A stretch of DNA of 64,000 nucleotides, from the NCBI GenBank assembly GCA_034408725.1, contig JAWXCN010000032.1, forward strand, positions 1 to 64,000, written 5' to 3'. A program made the translations under genes and the position numbers. The stretch is from Candidatus Hydrogenedentota bacterium. GTDB lineage: Bacteria > Hydrogenedentota > Hydrogenedentia > Hydrogenedentales > SLHB01. Positions within the stretch are counted from its first letter, which is position 1, and each line of letters begins with the position of its first letter. Positions 39,801-48,963 of this stretch are shown piece by piece. Below the pieces are notes generated by a model. That model was given only the letters and a program-made list of their open reading frames with translations. It made no database searches and was not told where the DNA came from.

Positions 39801-42800
39801 GGACATGGGCGATTGGCTGTACCACGTGCGGTGGATCGAGCAACCTCGCCAACCGGCGACTACGGCTACTCCCACGCACTGGATTTTGCTCGCCGACACG
39901 AAAGGCGTCGCCGATGCGCTTGCGCAACGCATTCGCGCGCGCGGTGGCCGTGCGGTTCTCGTTCGACACGGCGCGAGTTATATCGCAACAGGGTCCGATG
40001 AGGTGATTCTTGATCCCGCGAGCGACATACAGTTCGATCAACTGTGGAACGAATTCGGGACTGGGTGCGGTCGCGTAGTCCATTTGTGGTCACTGGATGC
40101 GCCGGCGCTGGAGGAAGCGACATTGGCGGCACTGCATCGCGCGCACGTGTTGGGTTGCGGCGCTGCGCTGCATTTGATTCAGTCCATCACCGCGTCCGGC
40201 GAACAGAGCGGGCGAAATGCGGCAAGTCATCCGCGGCGGCTGTTGTGGTGCATTACGCGCGGCGCGCAGGTTGTCGCGGCATCTACCGCCGGTGTGCAGG
40301 CCGCGCAAGCGCCGCTGTGGGGATTTGGCCGCAGCGCGGCGTTGGAAAACGCGGCGCTCTGGGGCGGCATGATCGATCTCGATCCGCTCGCGGATGCGAA
40401 TGATATCGAAGCATTGCTTTTCGAACTCGACGCGCCTGACGCTGAAAACCAGATGGCGTTGCGCGGAGGCGCACGTTATGTAGCAAGGTTCGCGCGGATC
40501 AAGGACGCACTTCCCACAAACGGAATTGGCCACATCAAGTGCCGCGAAGATGCGACGTATGTCGTTACCGGCGGATTGGGCGGATTGGGCTTGCAAGTGG
40601 CGAAATGGCTTGGTGATCGCGGCGCGAAACATATCGTGTTGTTCGGACGCACGCCACTACCGTCACGCGACCAGTGGGAAACATTAAGCGATGACGCGCG
40701 CGAGCGCGTCGATGCCGTGCAGGCGCTTGAGGCGCGAGGCGTTGCGGTGCGCTGCGAGCCCGTGGATGTTTCCGACGAGACGGCCCTTCAATCGTTTATT
40801 GATGCGCATGCGCGGAACGGAATGCCCGCGATCCGCGGCATCGTACACGCCGCGGGCGTCATTGACGATCATACCGTGAACGAGCTCAGCATGGACTCGC
40901 TGACGGCCGTGATGCGCCCAAAAGTGGACGGAACGATGCTGTTGCACCGTCACTTTGGCGGGCACGGCAACGGTTCGGGCGATCCGCTTGATTTTTTTGT
41001 GATGTTTTCGTCGGTGGCATCCGTGATGGGATCGCCGGGCCAGGCCAACTATGCCGCGGGCAACGCGTTCATGGACGCACTAGCCCATCATCGGCGCGCG
41101 CAAGGGCGCACCGCTCTGAGCATCAATTGGGGGCCTTGGGCTGAAGTCGGGATCGCTTCTCGTGGCGATATTCAAAAGCGGTTGTCGATGCAGGGCATCG
41201 GCTGCATCCAACCTGAAGACGGAATTGCCGCGCTGGATTCGCTTTTGTCCGCGGATGCGGAACAGGTGGGCGTGTTGCAGGCGGACTGGGACAAGCTGGT
41301 CACGCGCGCGCCCGGCATTGCCGAGTCCCCGCTGTTCGCGGAACTGTTGAACGGACACGCAAAACGGGCGGAAGCAGCACCCGGCAAGCCTCTGGGCCGT
41401 GGGGTGGCAAGCGACGTTGAGGCGATCGAAGCATTATTGCGGCGGCAGGTCGCGCAGATTCTTTATCGCGACGAGGAAGAGATATCCGTTGATCGCAATT
41501 TCGGCGAACTAGGCCTTGATTCGATCATGTTGATGGAACTCGTGAACAGCGTCGAACGCGACATTGGCGTGCGGTTGTTTCCGAAAGAACTGTTCGATCG
41601 GCCGACAATAGCCGCTCTTGCGCCTTATTTGGTCGGCGAAGTCGCTAAGTACGAAGCGCGCGTGGAGGGTAAGGCCCCTTCGACCGGCGCAGGCGTGCGC
41701 GTCGCATTGCCGGCGGTACGGTTGAAAAAAATCGGCCCCGCGGTGCGCAACAAACCGATTGCATTTCTGTTGTCCGCGCCGCGTTCCGGTTCTACGCTTT
41801 CGCGCGTGATGCTCGCCGGACACAAGGACCTGTTTTGCCCGCCAGAATTGCACTTTCTGCAATGCAACAGCATGGGCGAGTGGCGCGAAGGCATTGGCGC
41901 GACATATATCAGCGAAGGACTGCAACGCGCGTTGATGGAATTGCATAACCTGGATGCGGATGCGGCGCGGGTGATGTACGAGCAGTGGGTGCGCGAAGAT
42001 TGGCCAGTGGAAAAGGCTTACGCGGCGATTCAGGAAGCGGCGGGCCCGCGCTTGCTCATTGACAAGTCACCTTCGTATGGAACGGACATCGAAGTGCTCG
42101 AACACGCTGAACGCCTGTTCGACGGACCGAAATATATTCACCTGGTGCGGCACCCCTATTCCGTGATCGAATCTTTCATGCGCAATCGCTTCGAGAAAAT
42201 ACTCGGCGATACCGATGCCGAGCCGATGGCGTTGGCGGAAGAAGTCTGGACTTTGATGAATGCAAACATCAGCGATTTCTTATCCACTATCGACGACAAA
42301 CGGAAATGCCTGGTTCATTACGAAGACATCGTCGCGAAACCCGAAGAGACGATGCAGCGCCTATGCGAATTTCTCGATGTGCCATACGATCCCGCGGTCA
42401 TCAAACCCTACGAAGGTGAACGCATGACTGACGGCATTCACAACAAATCGATGGGCATTGGGGATCCGAATTTCCTCAAGCACAAGGAAATTGATCCGTC
42501 GCTGGGCGAAGTGTGGAAACGCATTCGGCTTCCGCGCAAGCTGGGCGGGTTCGCGCGGCGCGTCGCAGCCGAATTGGAATATGTTTTGCCAGTGGAAACG
42601 CCGGGGTCGATCAACGCCGATCTGGGTATTTCGTCAACCGTCCCGCACGTTGTCGCAATCCAGCCCAAGGGAGATCGTCCGCCGTTTTTCTGTTGCGCGC
42701 CCGCGGGCGGCATGACGTACATGTACTTCCATCTACCGCGCTACCTCGGCGATGATCAACCCATCTACGGTTTGCAAGACCCTGCGCTGAATCCGCTGTT

Positions 42801-43581
42801 CGACCCGCACACGACAATGGAATCGTTGTGCGCGGAACAGGCGAAAGCGATCCGCAAGATTCAACCGAATGGACCGTATTACCTTGGTGGTTGGTCGTTC
42901 GGCGGCGCGGTCGCGTTCGAGACGGCGCAGCAGTTGATGGCGGCGGGCGAACAGGTCGCCTATCTCGGAATTATCGATACGGAGGCCCGCATCGAAAAGC
43001 ATCGCGCGAAAACCTGGAAGGATCGGCTGAGGTTGGCCGGAGGCCAGCTCAAGATGTCGTTTAAGGTCATCGGACATTGGGGGCCTTATGCGAAGGATTT
43101 CATTTATATTATTCTTCCGTCCGCATTGAAGAAAAAGGACAAGGCGGGTGAGCCGTCGTTGTGGGAGTACATCACGTTTGCATGGGCGGACGCGATTCGC
43201 CACACGCTGGTGAAGCGCGCGGACATTGCGAACGTGGTTACGCGTGACAGCCGGGTGTTGTTGGTGAAGCAACCCGCGACTCGCCGCACCCTGAAAGTAT
43301 TGAAGGCGAATTTACGCGCATTGCTTGCGTATAAACTCAAGCCGTATCCGGGAACCATCACGCTCTTGCGCGCCGAGGACCAGACAATCATGCACAAGCT
43401 CCACGAGGACTGGACCCTTGGTTGGGGAGACCTGGCACAGGGCGGATTGGACGTCGTCGAAGTTCCGGGCAATCACGCTGTGCTGTTAAGCCCGCCTTAT
43501 ATCGAGCGTGTGGGCGAAGTGCTGCGCGAGGGCATCGACAAGGCAATGGCCAAGTACGGCGCAACTCCGGACACCGAATAG
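36817..43581 (+). CDS. Type I PKS: ACP-KS-AT-KR-ACP-sulfotransferase-thioesterase (Ols/CurM-like architecture)
   Basis: ACP1 LGVASRDAV; KS DTACSSS/HGTGT/NIGH; AT GHSVG and HAFH (malonyl); KR GGLGGLG, HAAGVIDD, NYAAGN; ACP2 LGLDS; ST SAPRSGSTL.RVMLAGH, DKSPSY, HLVRHPYSVIESF, DPNFL.H; TE GWSFG...PGNH. Confidence 0.93.
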   Translation: MQSKEAIQAWIIAHLSEETGIDAREIDPNAAFDDLGVASRDAVTLSGDLEDWLGRTLSPTLLWDHPSIAALAEHLAGGAPLAGSATAHVLVAEVHEPIAIIGIGLKVPGASSPSEFWSMLIEGRDAIGAVPADRWDNAAYYDPNPGTAGKMYTERGGFLDRVDLFDADFFGIPPREAARMDPQQRLLIEAAWEALEDAGIAPPSLAGSDTSVFVGISSSDYAQLQMSDPSLVDAYAGTGNAHSLAANRISYFLDLRGPSVAIDTACSSSLVAVHQAVGSLRKGESSIALAGGVNVLLSPEVNMVFSHARMMAPDGRCKTFDATADGYVRGEGCGVVVLKRLSRAVADGDSIYAVIRGTAINHDGRSNGITAPNGLAQQDVIRRALADAGLQSTDVGYVEAHGTGTSLGDPIEVESLKAVLLPSRDANAPVVLGALKTNIGHLEAAAGIVGLIKTALVLDKGVIPATLHVREVNPLIQLDGTPMRIAVEQEPWPRGARPRIAGVSSFGFGGANAHAVLEEAPETANKKPAHEDRPQHVLALSAKTESALRTLAGSYANELNTHPGSFPDFCYTANIGRSGLENRASILGSNAADAVAALREIAQGETPKPVVAGTAPRGASTPVAFLFTGQGSQFVQMGRGLYESNPVFRRVMQECDEVLGTRLDKPLLDIIYPREGETSPLDETAYTQPALFAIEYALSEVWRSWGVTPACVMGHSVGEYVAACVAGVFTFEDGLKLITERARLMGAMPPGGTMAAVLIDAETVKLGLAEHAGAVTIAAVNGPANTVISGAEELVDAICAQFKAQGIKSVKLAVSHAFHSPLMDPMLEPFEKFAAGFTFKPPRIPLVSNLIGQIPAADFAFDAAYWRKHLREAVQFHAGIQSMVSRGYTTFVEAGPQATLSSMAARCVEKDAAAWLPSLAKGQDDWHVILRSLQTLYVKGASINWKSFDAPYSRARVPIPTYPFERKRHWLDVNAQVAGAPVKKTHPMPTRLPSKDMGDWLYHVRWIEQPRQPATTATPTHWILLADTKGVADALAQRIRARGGRAVLVRHGASYIATGSDEVILDPASDIQFDQLWNEFGTGCGRVVHLWSLDAPALEEATLAALHRAHVLGCGAALHLIQSITASGEQSGRNAASHPRRLLWCITRGAQVVAASTAGVQAAQAPLWGFGRSAALENAALWGGMIDLDPLADANDIEALLFELDAPDAENQMALRGGARYVARFARIKDALPTNGIGHIKCREDATYVVTGGLGGLGLQVAKWLGDRGAKHIVLFGRTPLPSRDQWETLSDDARERVDAVQALEARGVAVRCEPVDVSDETALQSFIDAHARNGMPAIRGIVHAAGVIDDHTVNELSMDSLTAVMRPKVDGTMLLHRHFGGHGNGSGDPLDFFVMFSSVASVMGSPGQANYAAGNAFMDALAHHRRAQGRTALSINWGPWAEVGIASRGDIQKRLSMQGIGCIQPEDGIAALDSLLSADAEQVGVLQADWDKLVTRAPGIAESPLFAELLNGHAKRAEAAPGKPLGRGVASDVEAIEALLRRQVAQILYRDEEEISVDRNFGELGLDSIMLMELVNSVERDIGVRLFPKELFDRPTIAALAPYLVGEVAKYEARVEGKAPSTGAGVRVALPAVRLKKIGPAVRNKPIAFLLSAPRSGSTLSRVMLAGHKDLFCPPELHFLQCNSMGEWREGIGATYISEGLQRALMELHNLDADAARVMYEQWVREDWPVEKAYAAIQEAAGPRLLIDKSPSYGTDIEVLEHAERLFDGPKYIHLVRHPYSVIESFMRNRFEKILGDTDAEPMALAEEVWTLMNANISDFLSTIDDKRKCLVHYEDIVAKPEETMQRLCEFLDVPYDPAVIKPYEGERMTDGIHNKSMGIGDPNFLKHKEIDPSLGEVWKRIRLPRKLGGFARRVAAELEYVLPVETPGSINADLGISSTVPHVVAIQPKGDRPPFFCCAPAGGMTYMYFHLPRYLGDDQPIYGLQDPALNPLFDPHTTMESLCAEQAKAIRKIQPNGPYYLGGWSFGGAVAFETAQQLMAAGEQVAYLGIIDTEARIEKHRAKTWKDRLRLAGGQLKMSFKVIGHWGPYAKDFIYIILPSALKKKDKAGEPSLWEYITFAWADAIRHTLVKRADIANVVTRDSRVLLVKQPATRRTLKVLKANLRALLAYKLKPYPGTITLLRAEDQTIMHKLHEDWTLGWGDLAQGGLDVVEVPGNHAVLLSPPYIERVGEVLREGIDKAMAKYGATPDTE

Positions 43582-43596
43582 GCGCGCGCCGGCCGC

Positions 43597-44517
43597 ATGA
43601 TTCCACACCTGTTTGCGCTGCACCCCGCAGGTTCAAAACTGCCTTTTTTTCTTTGCGCCCCGGCCGGGGGCGTTTTGTTTCCGTGCTACAACGTGCTGAA
43701 TTATTGGGACGTGGAACGTCCTTTTTACGCGTTGCAGGATCCCAGTCTGAACAAGGATACGCCTTTATTTCAGACGGTCGCGGAACTGGCGCGCGCGAAT
43801 CTTGATGTGCTGAAATCGTTTCAGCCGGAAGGGCCGTATTTGATCGGGGGCTGGTCTTTTGGGGCGATGGTGGCATTGGAAATGGCGCATATACTGAGCG
43901 CCGCGGGCGAAGAAGTTGAACTCATCGTGCTCGACATGCGCGTGAACGGTCCGGGGCGCGAATCACCGCTTGCGAACCTAACGCCGATTCAGAAGGCCGT
44001 GGTGATTCCCCGGCTTATCGTGGCGGTGTTTAGCCATACGGGACCCTATTTCCGTGACGGTTTCTATGTACTGTTTGGCGACATGATTCGCCGCGGATCG
44101 AAAGCGTCACCGTTGCTGACGTTGATCATGAAGCTGATGGGCCGAGCGCCGATTGCGGACATCATCGAGCAGCGACCGCATCTCGATGGCATTCAGCCGC
44201 CGGGCCTGTTCAGGTGTCTGCGCGTGCTTGGCGCGAACATGCGGGCGTTTCGCAACTATGTGCCGAAACCGTTGGATATTCATGGCGCGTTGATCAAGGC
44301 CAGTGACAGCGCGTCGCTCGGGTTGCACGACCCGGATCCCGCAATGGGTTGGACGAGCATCACGACAAGCGGGTTGGATATTTATGACACGCCGGGCAAC
44401 CATGTGACGCTGATGCTGGAACCGGCGCTTGGGGTCGTGGGGAAGTGCTTGAATGACGCGCTCGAAAACGCCGAACAACGGTTGTTGATGCCTGACACAC
44501 TGACCGGCACGGACTAA
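43597..44517 (+). CDS. Stand-alone thioesterase, paralog of the PKS terminal TE
   Basis: PFFLCAPAGG, YALQDP, GPYLIGGWSFG, PGNH. Confidence 0.88.
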   Translation: MIPHLFALHPAGSKLPFFLCAPAGGVLFPCYNVLNYWDVERPFYALQDPSLNKDTPLFQTVAELARANLDVLKSFQPEGPYLIGGWSFGAMVALEMAHILSAAGEEVELIVLDMRVNGPGRESPLANLTPIQKAVVIPRLIVAVFSHTGPYFRDGFYVLFGDMIRRGSKASPLLTLIMKLMGRAPIADIIEQRPHLDGIQPPGLFRCLRVLGANMRAFRNYVPKPLDIHGALIKASDSASLGLHDPDPAMGWTSITTSGLDIYDTPGNHVTLMLEPALGVVGKCLNDALENAEQRLLMPDTLTGTD

Positions 44518-44538
44518 CACAGACCGCTGTGTTGTTGG

Positions 44539-45291
44539 GTGAGGGTGGAGGAAACGGTGATGTGGGAAAGCCCTCAACAATTTCCCGAATTGCGCGCGGG
44601 TGACGTCCATGTCTGGAAGATACCGCTTAACCAAACCCCGGCTGTGATCTGCGCGCTTTCGCGCGCCCTTGCCTCCGACGAACGCGAGCGGGCGGCGCGA
44701 TTCCATTTTGAAAAAGGCCGACAGCAGTACATTGTTTCGCGCGGGGCGTTGCGAGAATTGCTGGGCGGATACCTGGGTGAAAGCGCGGCAGCGATTCGTT
44801 TTGATTATTCACCGCGCGGCAAGCCTGGACTCGACACAGCGCACGCAAGCGATATTGCCTTTAATCTGACGCATTCGGGAGCGCTGGCGTTGGCGGCGTT
44901 CGCGCGCGGGGCGCGGGTTGGCGTGGACATTGAGCGTATGCGGGACGAATTCGATAGCCAACGCATCGCGGACAGGTTTTTCACGCCGGAGGAGTCCGCG
45001 GCGTTGCGCGGCGCGGATGAATCGGAACGGCTATTGCGCTTCGCGGAGCAGTGGACCCGGAAAGAGTCATTTATCAAGGCGCGTGGCGAGGGCTTGTCGT
45101 TTCCGCTGGATGCGTTTTCGATTCTGCTCGAGGGGGAGGAACTTGCGCTGCGCATTGCGCAGAGTCCAGTGGAAGCGGGGAGGTGGACGGTGCGCGATCT
45201 GGAAATTGATGAAGGGTATGCGGCGGCGTTGTGTGTTGAAGCGCGGGGGAGTGGGATGCGCGGGTTTGTTTGGGAGGGGATAGAGACCTGA
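44539..45291 (+). CDS. Sfp-type 4'-phosphopantetheinyl transferase
   Basis: ERERAARF, GKP, FNLTHSG, VGVDIE, WTRKESFIKA.G.GL. Confidence 0.93.
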   Translation: MRVEETVMWESPQQFPELRAGDVHVWKIPLNQTPAVICALSRALASDERERAARFHFEKGRQQYIVSRGALRELLGGYLGESAAAIRFDYSPRGKPGLDTAHASDIAFNLTHSGALALAAFARGARVGVDIERMRDEFDSQRIADRFFTPEESAALRGADESERLLRFAEQWTRKESFIKARGEGLSFPLDAFSILLEGEELALRIAQSPVEAGRWTVRDLEIDEGYAAALCVEARGSGMRGFVWEGIET

Positions 45292-45317
45292 GGAAGGTTG
45301 GTGTGGCGCGGGGGGAT

Positions 45318-45434
45318 GGAGACCTGTCGGTCGTGGGAGTGGCGCGGTCGGGAGACCGGCCACAACAAAAGGAGGGAACCTGCCACAACGTGCTCGTGCT
45401 CGTGCTCGTAATCGTAATCGTAATCGTAATCGTA
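45318..45434. repeat. REP-like unit plus (CGTGCT)3(CGTAAT)4 microsatellite
   Basis: Direct reading; between convergent genes. Confidence 0.85.
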
Positions 45435-45574
45435 TGTCGTTGGCTCGATTGCGATGACAATTACGAAGAAGAAAATTCTGAATTCAATTGCGATCCTCCT
45501 ACGCCCTCCGAAGCGGCAGGGCTGCGAAGGACGGTTTGCGATTACGGGTTGGGGGTGGTCGACGGGACTGAAGG

Positions 45575-45979
45575 TTATGGATTTGGCCAAACCCACGTCG
45601 TGCGGGTTGCGACTTCAAGATCGTTTCCAGCGGGATCGCGGAAATAGATCGAATGACCGCCGCTTGGCCAGTCTACTTCCGATTCTATTGCGACGCCATT
45701 GCCCAATAGATGTTTGCGCCAAGCGTCCACTTCGTCGTCGCCAATTTCGAAGGCGGCGTGTCCCGCGCCACGCGCGCCATGTCCTCCGAAGGGCGAATCC
45801 GGGTCGCTGGTTGATTCCGGATTAAACAAAAGAAACATCGTTGTGCCGCAACGGAAAAAGACGTGGCGGCCTTCCTGTTTTGCATAAAAATCGAGACCGA
45901 TCATGTCCCGGTAAAATCGGTCGGCGGCTTCGAGGTTATCGACATAGAGGCAGGTTTCGAGAATGCGCGTCGCTTTCAT
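45575..45979 (-). CDS. VOC/glyoxalase family protein
   Basis: ILETCLYVDNL..A..FY, GHAAF, SIYFRDPAGN.LE. Confidence 0.9.
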   Translation of the reverse strand: MKATRILETCLYVDNLEAADRFYRDMIGLDFYAKQEGRHVFFRCGTTMFLLFNPESTSDPDSPFGGHGARGAGHAAFEIGDDEVDAWRKHLLGNGVAIESEVDWPSGGHSIYFRDPAGNDLEVATRTTWVWPNP

Positions 45980-46497
45980 GGTCCGACTTCCTTTTGAATC
46001 TCCAGCGCCGGACGACAAAGTTTATCGAAAATCGCCGGTTCCACTGATTGCAGTCTCGAACCTTGAGGTTTTCCTTCGCGCGTCGTGAGATATAGTGCTT
46101 CGCCATTTATCGAAAAGGCGCTAAGTTTACCGTCGGTTTCGATAAGCAATTCCGCAGAGCCGTAGAACCCTGATATATCCCTTTGAGATCTAACCGATAT
46201 CCTTGCTGGTGTTGGGACTGGATCGCCTATATAGCGCCGACTGTAGTAAAGAATGCGATTGCTATTGAGTGTGCAGATGCTATCAGGTTCTCGCGAAAAC
46301 AGCACTACAATTTCCGCTTCAGTCATACCCAACATTAAGCGCTGGTAACTTGCGTGGAACGCTCTTACGTCTCTGAGCATCCACGGAAAGTGAAGGATTG
46401 GAAGACCGGCAATTAGAAGGACGATGAGTAGGGAGGATACTAGAATCCCGCGCCGTGATAGCCGCTTGTTCAGGATCCTAATCAATCTTTTTATCAC
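45976..46497 (-). CDS. Hypothetical membrane-anchored protein (AT-richer)
   Basis: N-terminal TM; 4-nt overlaps with both neighbours. Confidence 0.65.
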   Translation of the reverse strand: MIKRLIRILNKRLSRRGILVSSLLIVLLIAGLPILHFPWMLRDVRAFHASYQRLMLGMTEAEIVVLFSREPDSICTLNSNRILYYSRRYIGDPVPTPARISVRSQRDISGFYGSAELLIETDGKLSAFSINGEALYLTTREGKPQGSRLQSVEPAIFDKLCRPALEIQKEVGP

Positions 46498-47318
46498 GGA
46501 AACAAATATTCCATCAACGCTTCATGCTCGCCGAAGTCAGGCACCAGTATATCCGCGCCGGCGCGTGTGAGGCGCTCGCGTTTTTCTTCGCTCCAGCCGT
46601 GGCCGCGTTCTTCGTCGGAGCAGACGCCGACGGATACGCAGCCGTGTTCACGCGCAAGCCGGATTTCGACCGGGCCATCGCCGACTACCAGTACTTCGGA
46701 ACCGTGGAGGTCGTGGTTGGCGATGATCTGTTTGATGATCATCTCCTTGTTGCTTTCCTGGTACGTGCGCATCGCGCCCCAGATTTCGGAGAAGTGCGGC
46801 GCCACCCCGACGAGCGCGGATTCGTTGCGCACGTCGTCGCGGTCGGTGCCGCTGAAGATGTACATTTGCAGACCGCGCGCGGCGAGTGCGCTGACGAACT
46901 CGATCGAGCCGCGAACGGTGACTTGTTCGAGCGGTAGCGTGCCCGCGCGGAGTTGGGCGATGCGTTCGCTGACGCGCACCATGAGCCGGTCATTGTAAAT
47001 CTGCTTGTATCCGTGCGCATCAAGGATTTTGCCGCTGGGTACTAGGCCGTAATCCCGCACCATTTTCACCAGGTGTTCCATCTGTAAGATGGTGTTGATG
47101 CCTGTGGATTCATCGATATAGTCTGCGCAGGCCTTTTCAATTTCAGGCGTGGGTTGCGCATCGCCGCAGATCATTTCGATCATGAGCGGGCCCATCACCT
47201 GTTGCCAGCCTTCACGCAACAGACTCACGGTGCCGTCGAAATCGAACAGCGCGTACTTGAAGCGTCCACGTTCCGTTTCGCGAATGACCTGGATATTCTT
47301 AATTGTCAGCGTTGCCAT
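46494..47318 (-). CDS. HAD family hydrolase
   Basis: FDFDGTVS, SGT, VGDGP.E. Confidence 0.88.
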   Translation of the reverse strand: MATLTIKNIQVIRETERGRFKYALFDFDGTVSLLREGWQQVMGPLMIEMICGDAQPTPEIEKACADYIDESTGINTILQMEHLVKMVRDYGLVPSGKILDAHGYKQIYNDRLMVRVSERIAQLRAGTLPLEQVTVRGSIEFVSALAARGLQMYIFSGTDRDDVRNESALVGVAPHFSEIWGAMRTYQESNKEMIIKQIIANHDLHGSEVLVVGDGPVEIRLAREHGCVSVGVCSDEERGHGWSEEKRERLTRAGADILVPDFGEHEALMEYLFP

Positions 47319-47327
47319 GAAAAAAGA

Positions 47328-47849
47328 TTACTCCACCATGAATTCTACAAGTGAATGGACCTGATGCGGGGCGAGCCGTGCTCGCCCTTTTAATGGAGGC
47401 AACTCGACGACAAACGCGATCTCTTCGATATTGGCGCCGAGCCGCTCGACGAGGTTCACCACTGCGCGCATCGTCCCGCCAGTTGCGAGTAGATCATCGA
47501 TCAAGACAACGCGGTCCCCGCTTTTAAGCGCGTCACGATGTATTTCGAGCGTCGCCGTGCCGTATTCCAACTCGAAGTCTTCCGAGATCGTATCGGCGGG
47601 AAGTTTGCCTTTTTTTCGCGCGAGCACCAGCGGCAAACCCATCGCGTAGGCGAGCGCGCCACCGAACACGAAGCCACGGGCATCCGCGCCGACGATTGCG
47701 GTAATCCCCTTCTGCTCATACCGCGTCTTCCAGCCATCTGTGATGTAGCGGAAAGCGTCGGGATTGAGCAGCAGCGTCGTGATGTCCTTAAACTGGATGC
47801 CGGGAATGGGAAAATCCGGCACGTTCCGGATTAGCGACGCCAAATCCAT
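47328..47849 (-). CDS. apt: Adenine phosphoribosyltransferase
   Basis: PDFP..GI.FKDIT, ARGF, RKKGKLP, LEYG, IDDLLATGGT. Confidence 0.96.
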   Translation of the reverse strand: MDLASLIRNVPDFPIPGIQFKDITTLLLNPDAFRYITDGWKTRYEQKGITAIVGADARGFVFGGALAYAMGLPLVLARKKGKLPADTISEDFELEYGTATLEIHRDALKSGDRVVLIDDLLATGGTMRAVVNLVERLGANIEEIAFVVELPPLKGRARLAPHQVHSLVEFMVE

Positions 47850-47870
47850 GGGCGAAAGTTCTCCTTCGTA

Positions 47871-48701
47871 TCAGCGGTCGAAATCGTCGCTGCGCTCGAC
47901 GACGAACTTGCGCAGCCGCTTCATGACATCATTTTCAATCTGGCGGATGCGTTCTCGCGTGAGATTGAAATACCGGCCCGTTTGCTCGAGGGTGTGCGCA
48001 TGACCGTCGGTGAGGCCATAACGATACTTCACGATATTCTGTTCGCGCGTATTCAGTTGTTTCATAATTTCTTCGAGTTGCTGATCGAGTTCGATCTGCG
48101 CGATGGCCTCATTCACCTGGCGGGGTTCGATGATCTCCGGGATGCCGTGGCCTTCGTCGTCGTCCATGTATTCGGGGTTGCCCAGCGGGGACACCTCGTC
48201 GACGAACGATTGCAATTTGAGCGCTTCGGCTTTCTTGATGCCCATCGCCTCGGCGACTTCTTCCGGGTCGGGTCTGCGGCCGTTCTTGATGTAAAACTCT
48301 TCCGAGGTTTTCTTGTATCGGGAAATGTTGTCGGTAACGTAGACCGGAATGCGCACGGTGCGCCCGTAGTTTGAAAGCGCGCGGGTGACGGCCTGGCGAA
48401 TCCACCACGTGGCGTATGTCGAGAACTTGCAGCCGCGCGTCCAATCGAAGCGGTCTACCGCTTTCATGAGGCCGATGTTGCCTTCCTCGATCAAGTCCTG
48501 GAGTGGCAGGCCGAAGTAGAGGTACTTTTTTGCAATGCTGACGACAAGGCGCAGATTCGAGACAATGAGTTTTCGCCGCGCTTCCCCGTCGTCCTTCTGC
48601 GCAAGCTGCGCAAGACGCACCTCCTCCGCGGAGGACAGCAGCGGGATGCGGGAAATTTCGGCGAGATAGGTGCTCAACCCGCTCTCACGTAGGTCTGACA
48701 T
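47871..48701 (-). CDS. RpoD/RpoS-family sigma factor lacking region 1.1 (group 2-like)
   Basis: YL.EI...PLL, NLRLVVSIAKKY, DLIEEGNIGL, KFSTYATWWIRQ, TRERIRQIE; about 276 aa. Confidence 0.92.
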   Translation of the reverse strand: MSDLRESGLSTYLAEISRIPLLSSAEEVRLAQLAQKDDGEARRKLIVSNLRLVVSIAKKYLYFGLPLQDLIEEGNIGLMKAVDRFDWTRGCKFSTYATWWIRQAVTRALSNYGRTVRIPVYVTDNISRYKKTSEEFYIKNGRRPDPEEVAEAMGIKKAEALKLQSFVDEVSPLGNPEYMDDDEGHGIPEIIEPRQVNEAIAQIELDQQLEEIMKQLNTREQNIVKYRYGLTDGHAHTLEQTGRYFNLTRERIRQIENDVMKRLRKFVVERSDDFDR

Positions 48702-48963
48702 CCGCTCTCCTATGATAATGAAATTCCGCTGACGCGATACGCCCCCGAGCACCTTGGGGAAATGCGTTCATCCCCGAAGACGAGCGCAGCCACCGTTGTC
48801 ACGGGCCAATTCTAGCCGTCCATGCCGGGACGGTTCAACAAATACCCTACGGTATCGCCTGAAATTGCCGGTGTTCCGGCGCGCGCGGGAAAGTGAGTTG
48901 ATTTGACAAAAGCGGATATGATTGCGCGAACGCGGGATACAACTAAGATTCGAGGGGTAAAAT

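Noticed and set aside
36817-43581. Naming the PKS ols or curM
   Set aside because: TE class differs and the product is unproven, so no gene symbol was assigned
44805-45596. 263-aa minus-strand ORF with YDYDYEHEHE
   Set aside because: Translation of a microsatellite and antisense to the PPTase gene
47871-48701. Assigning rpoD or rpoS
   Set aside because: Too short for RpoD; RpoS orthology is plausible but cannot be shown without a phylogeny
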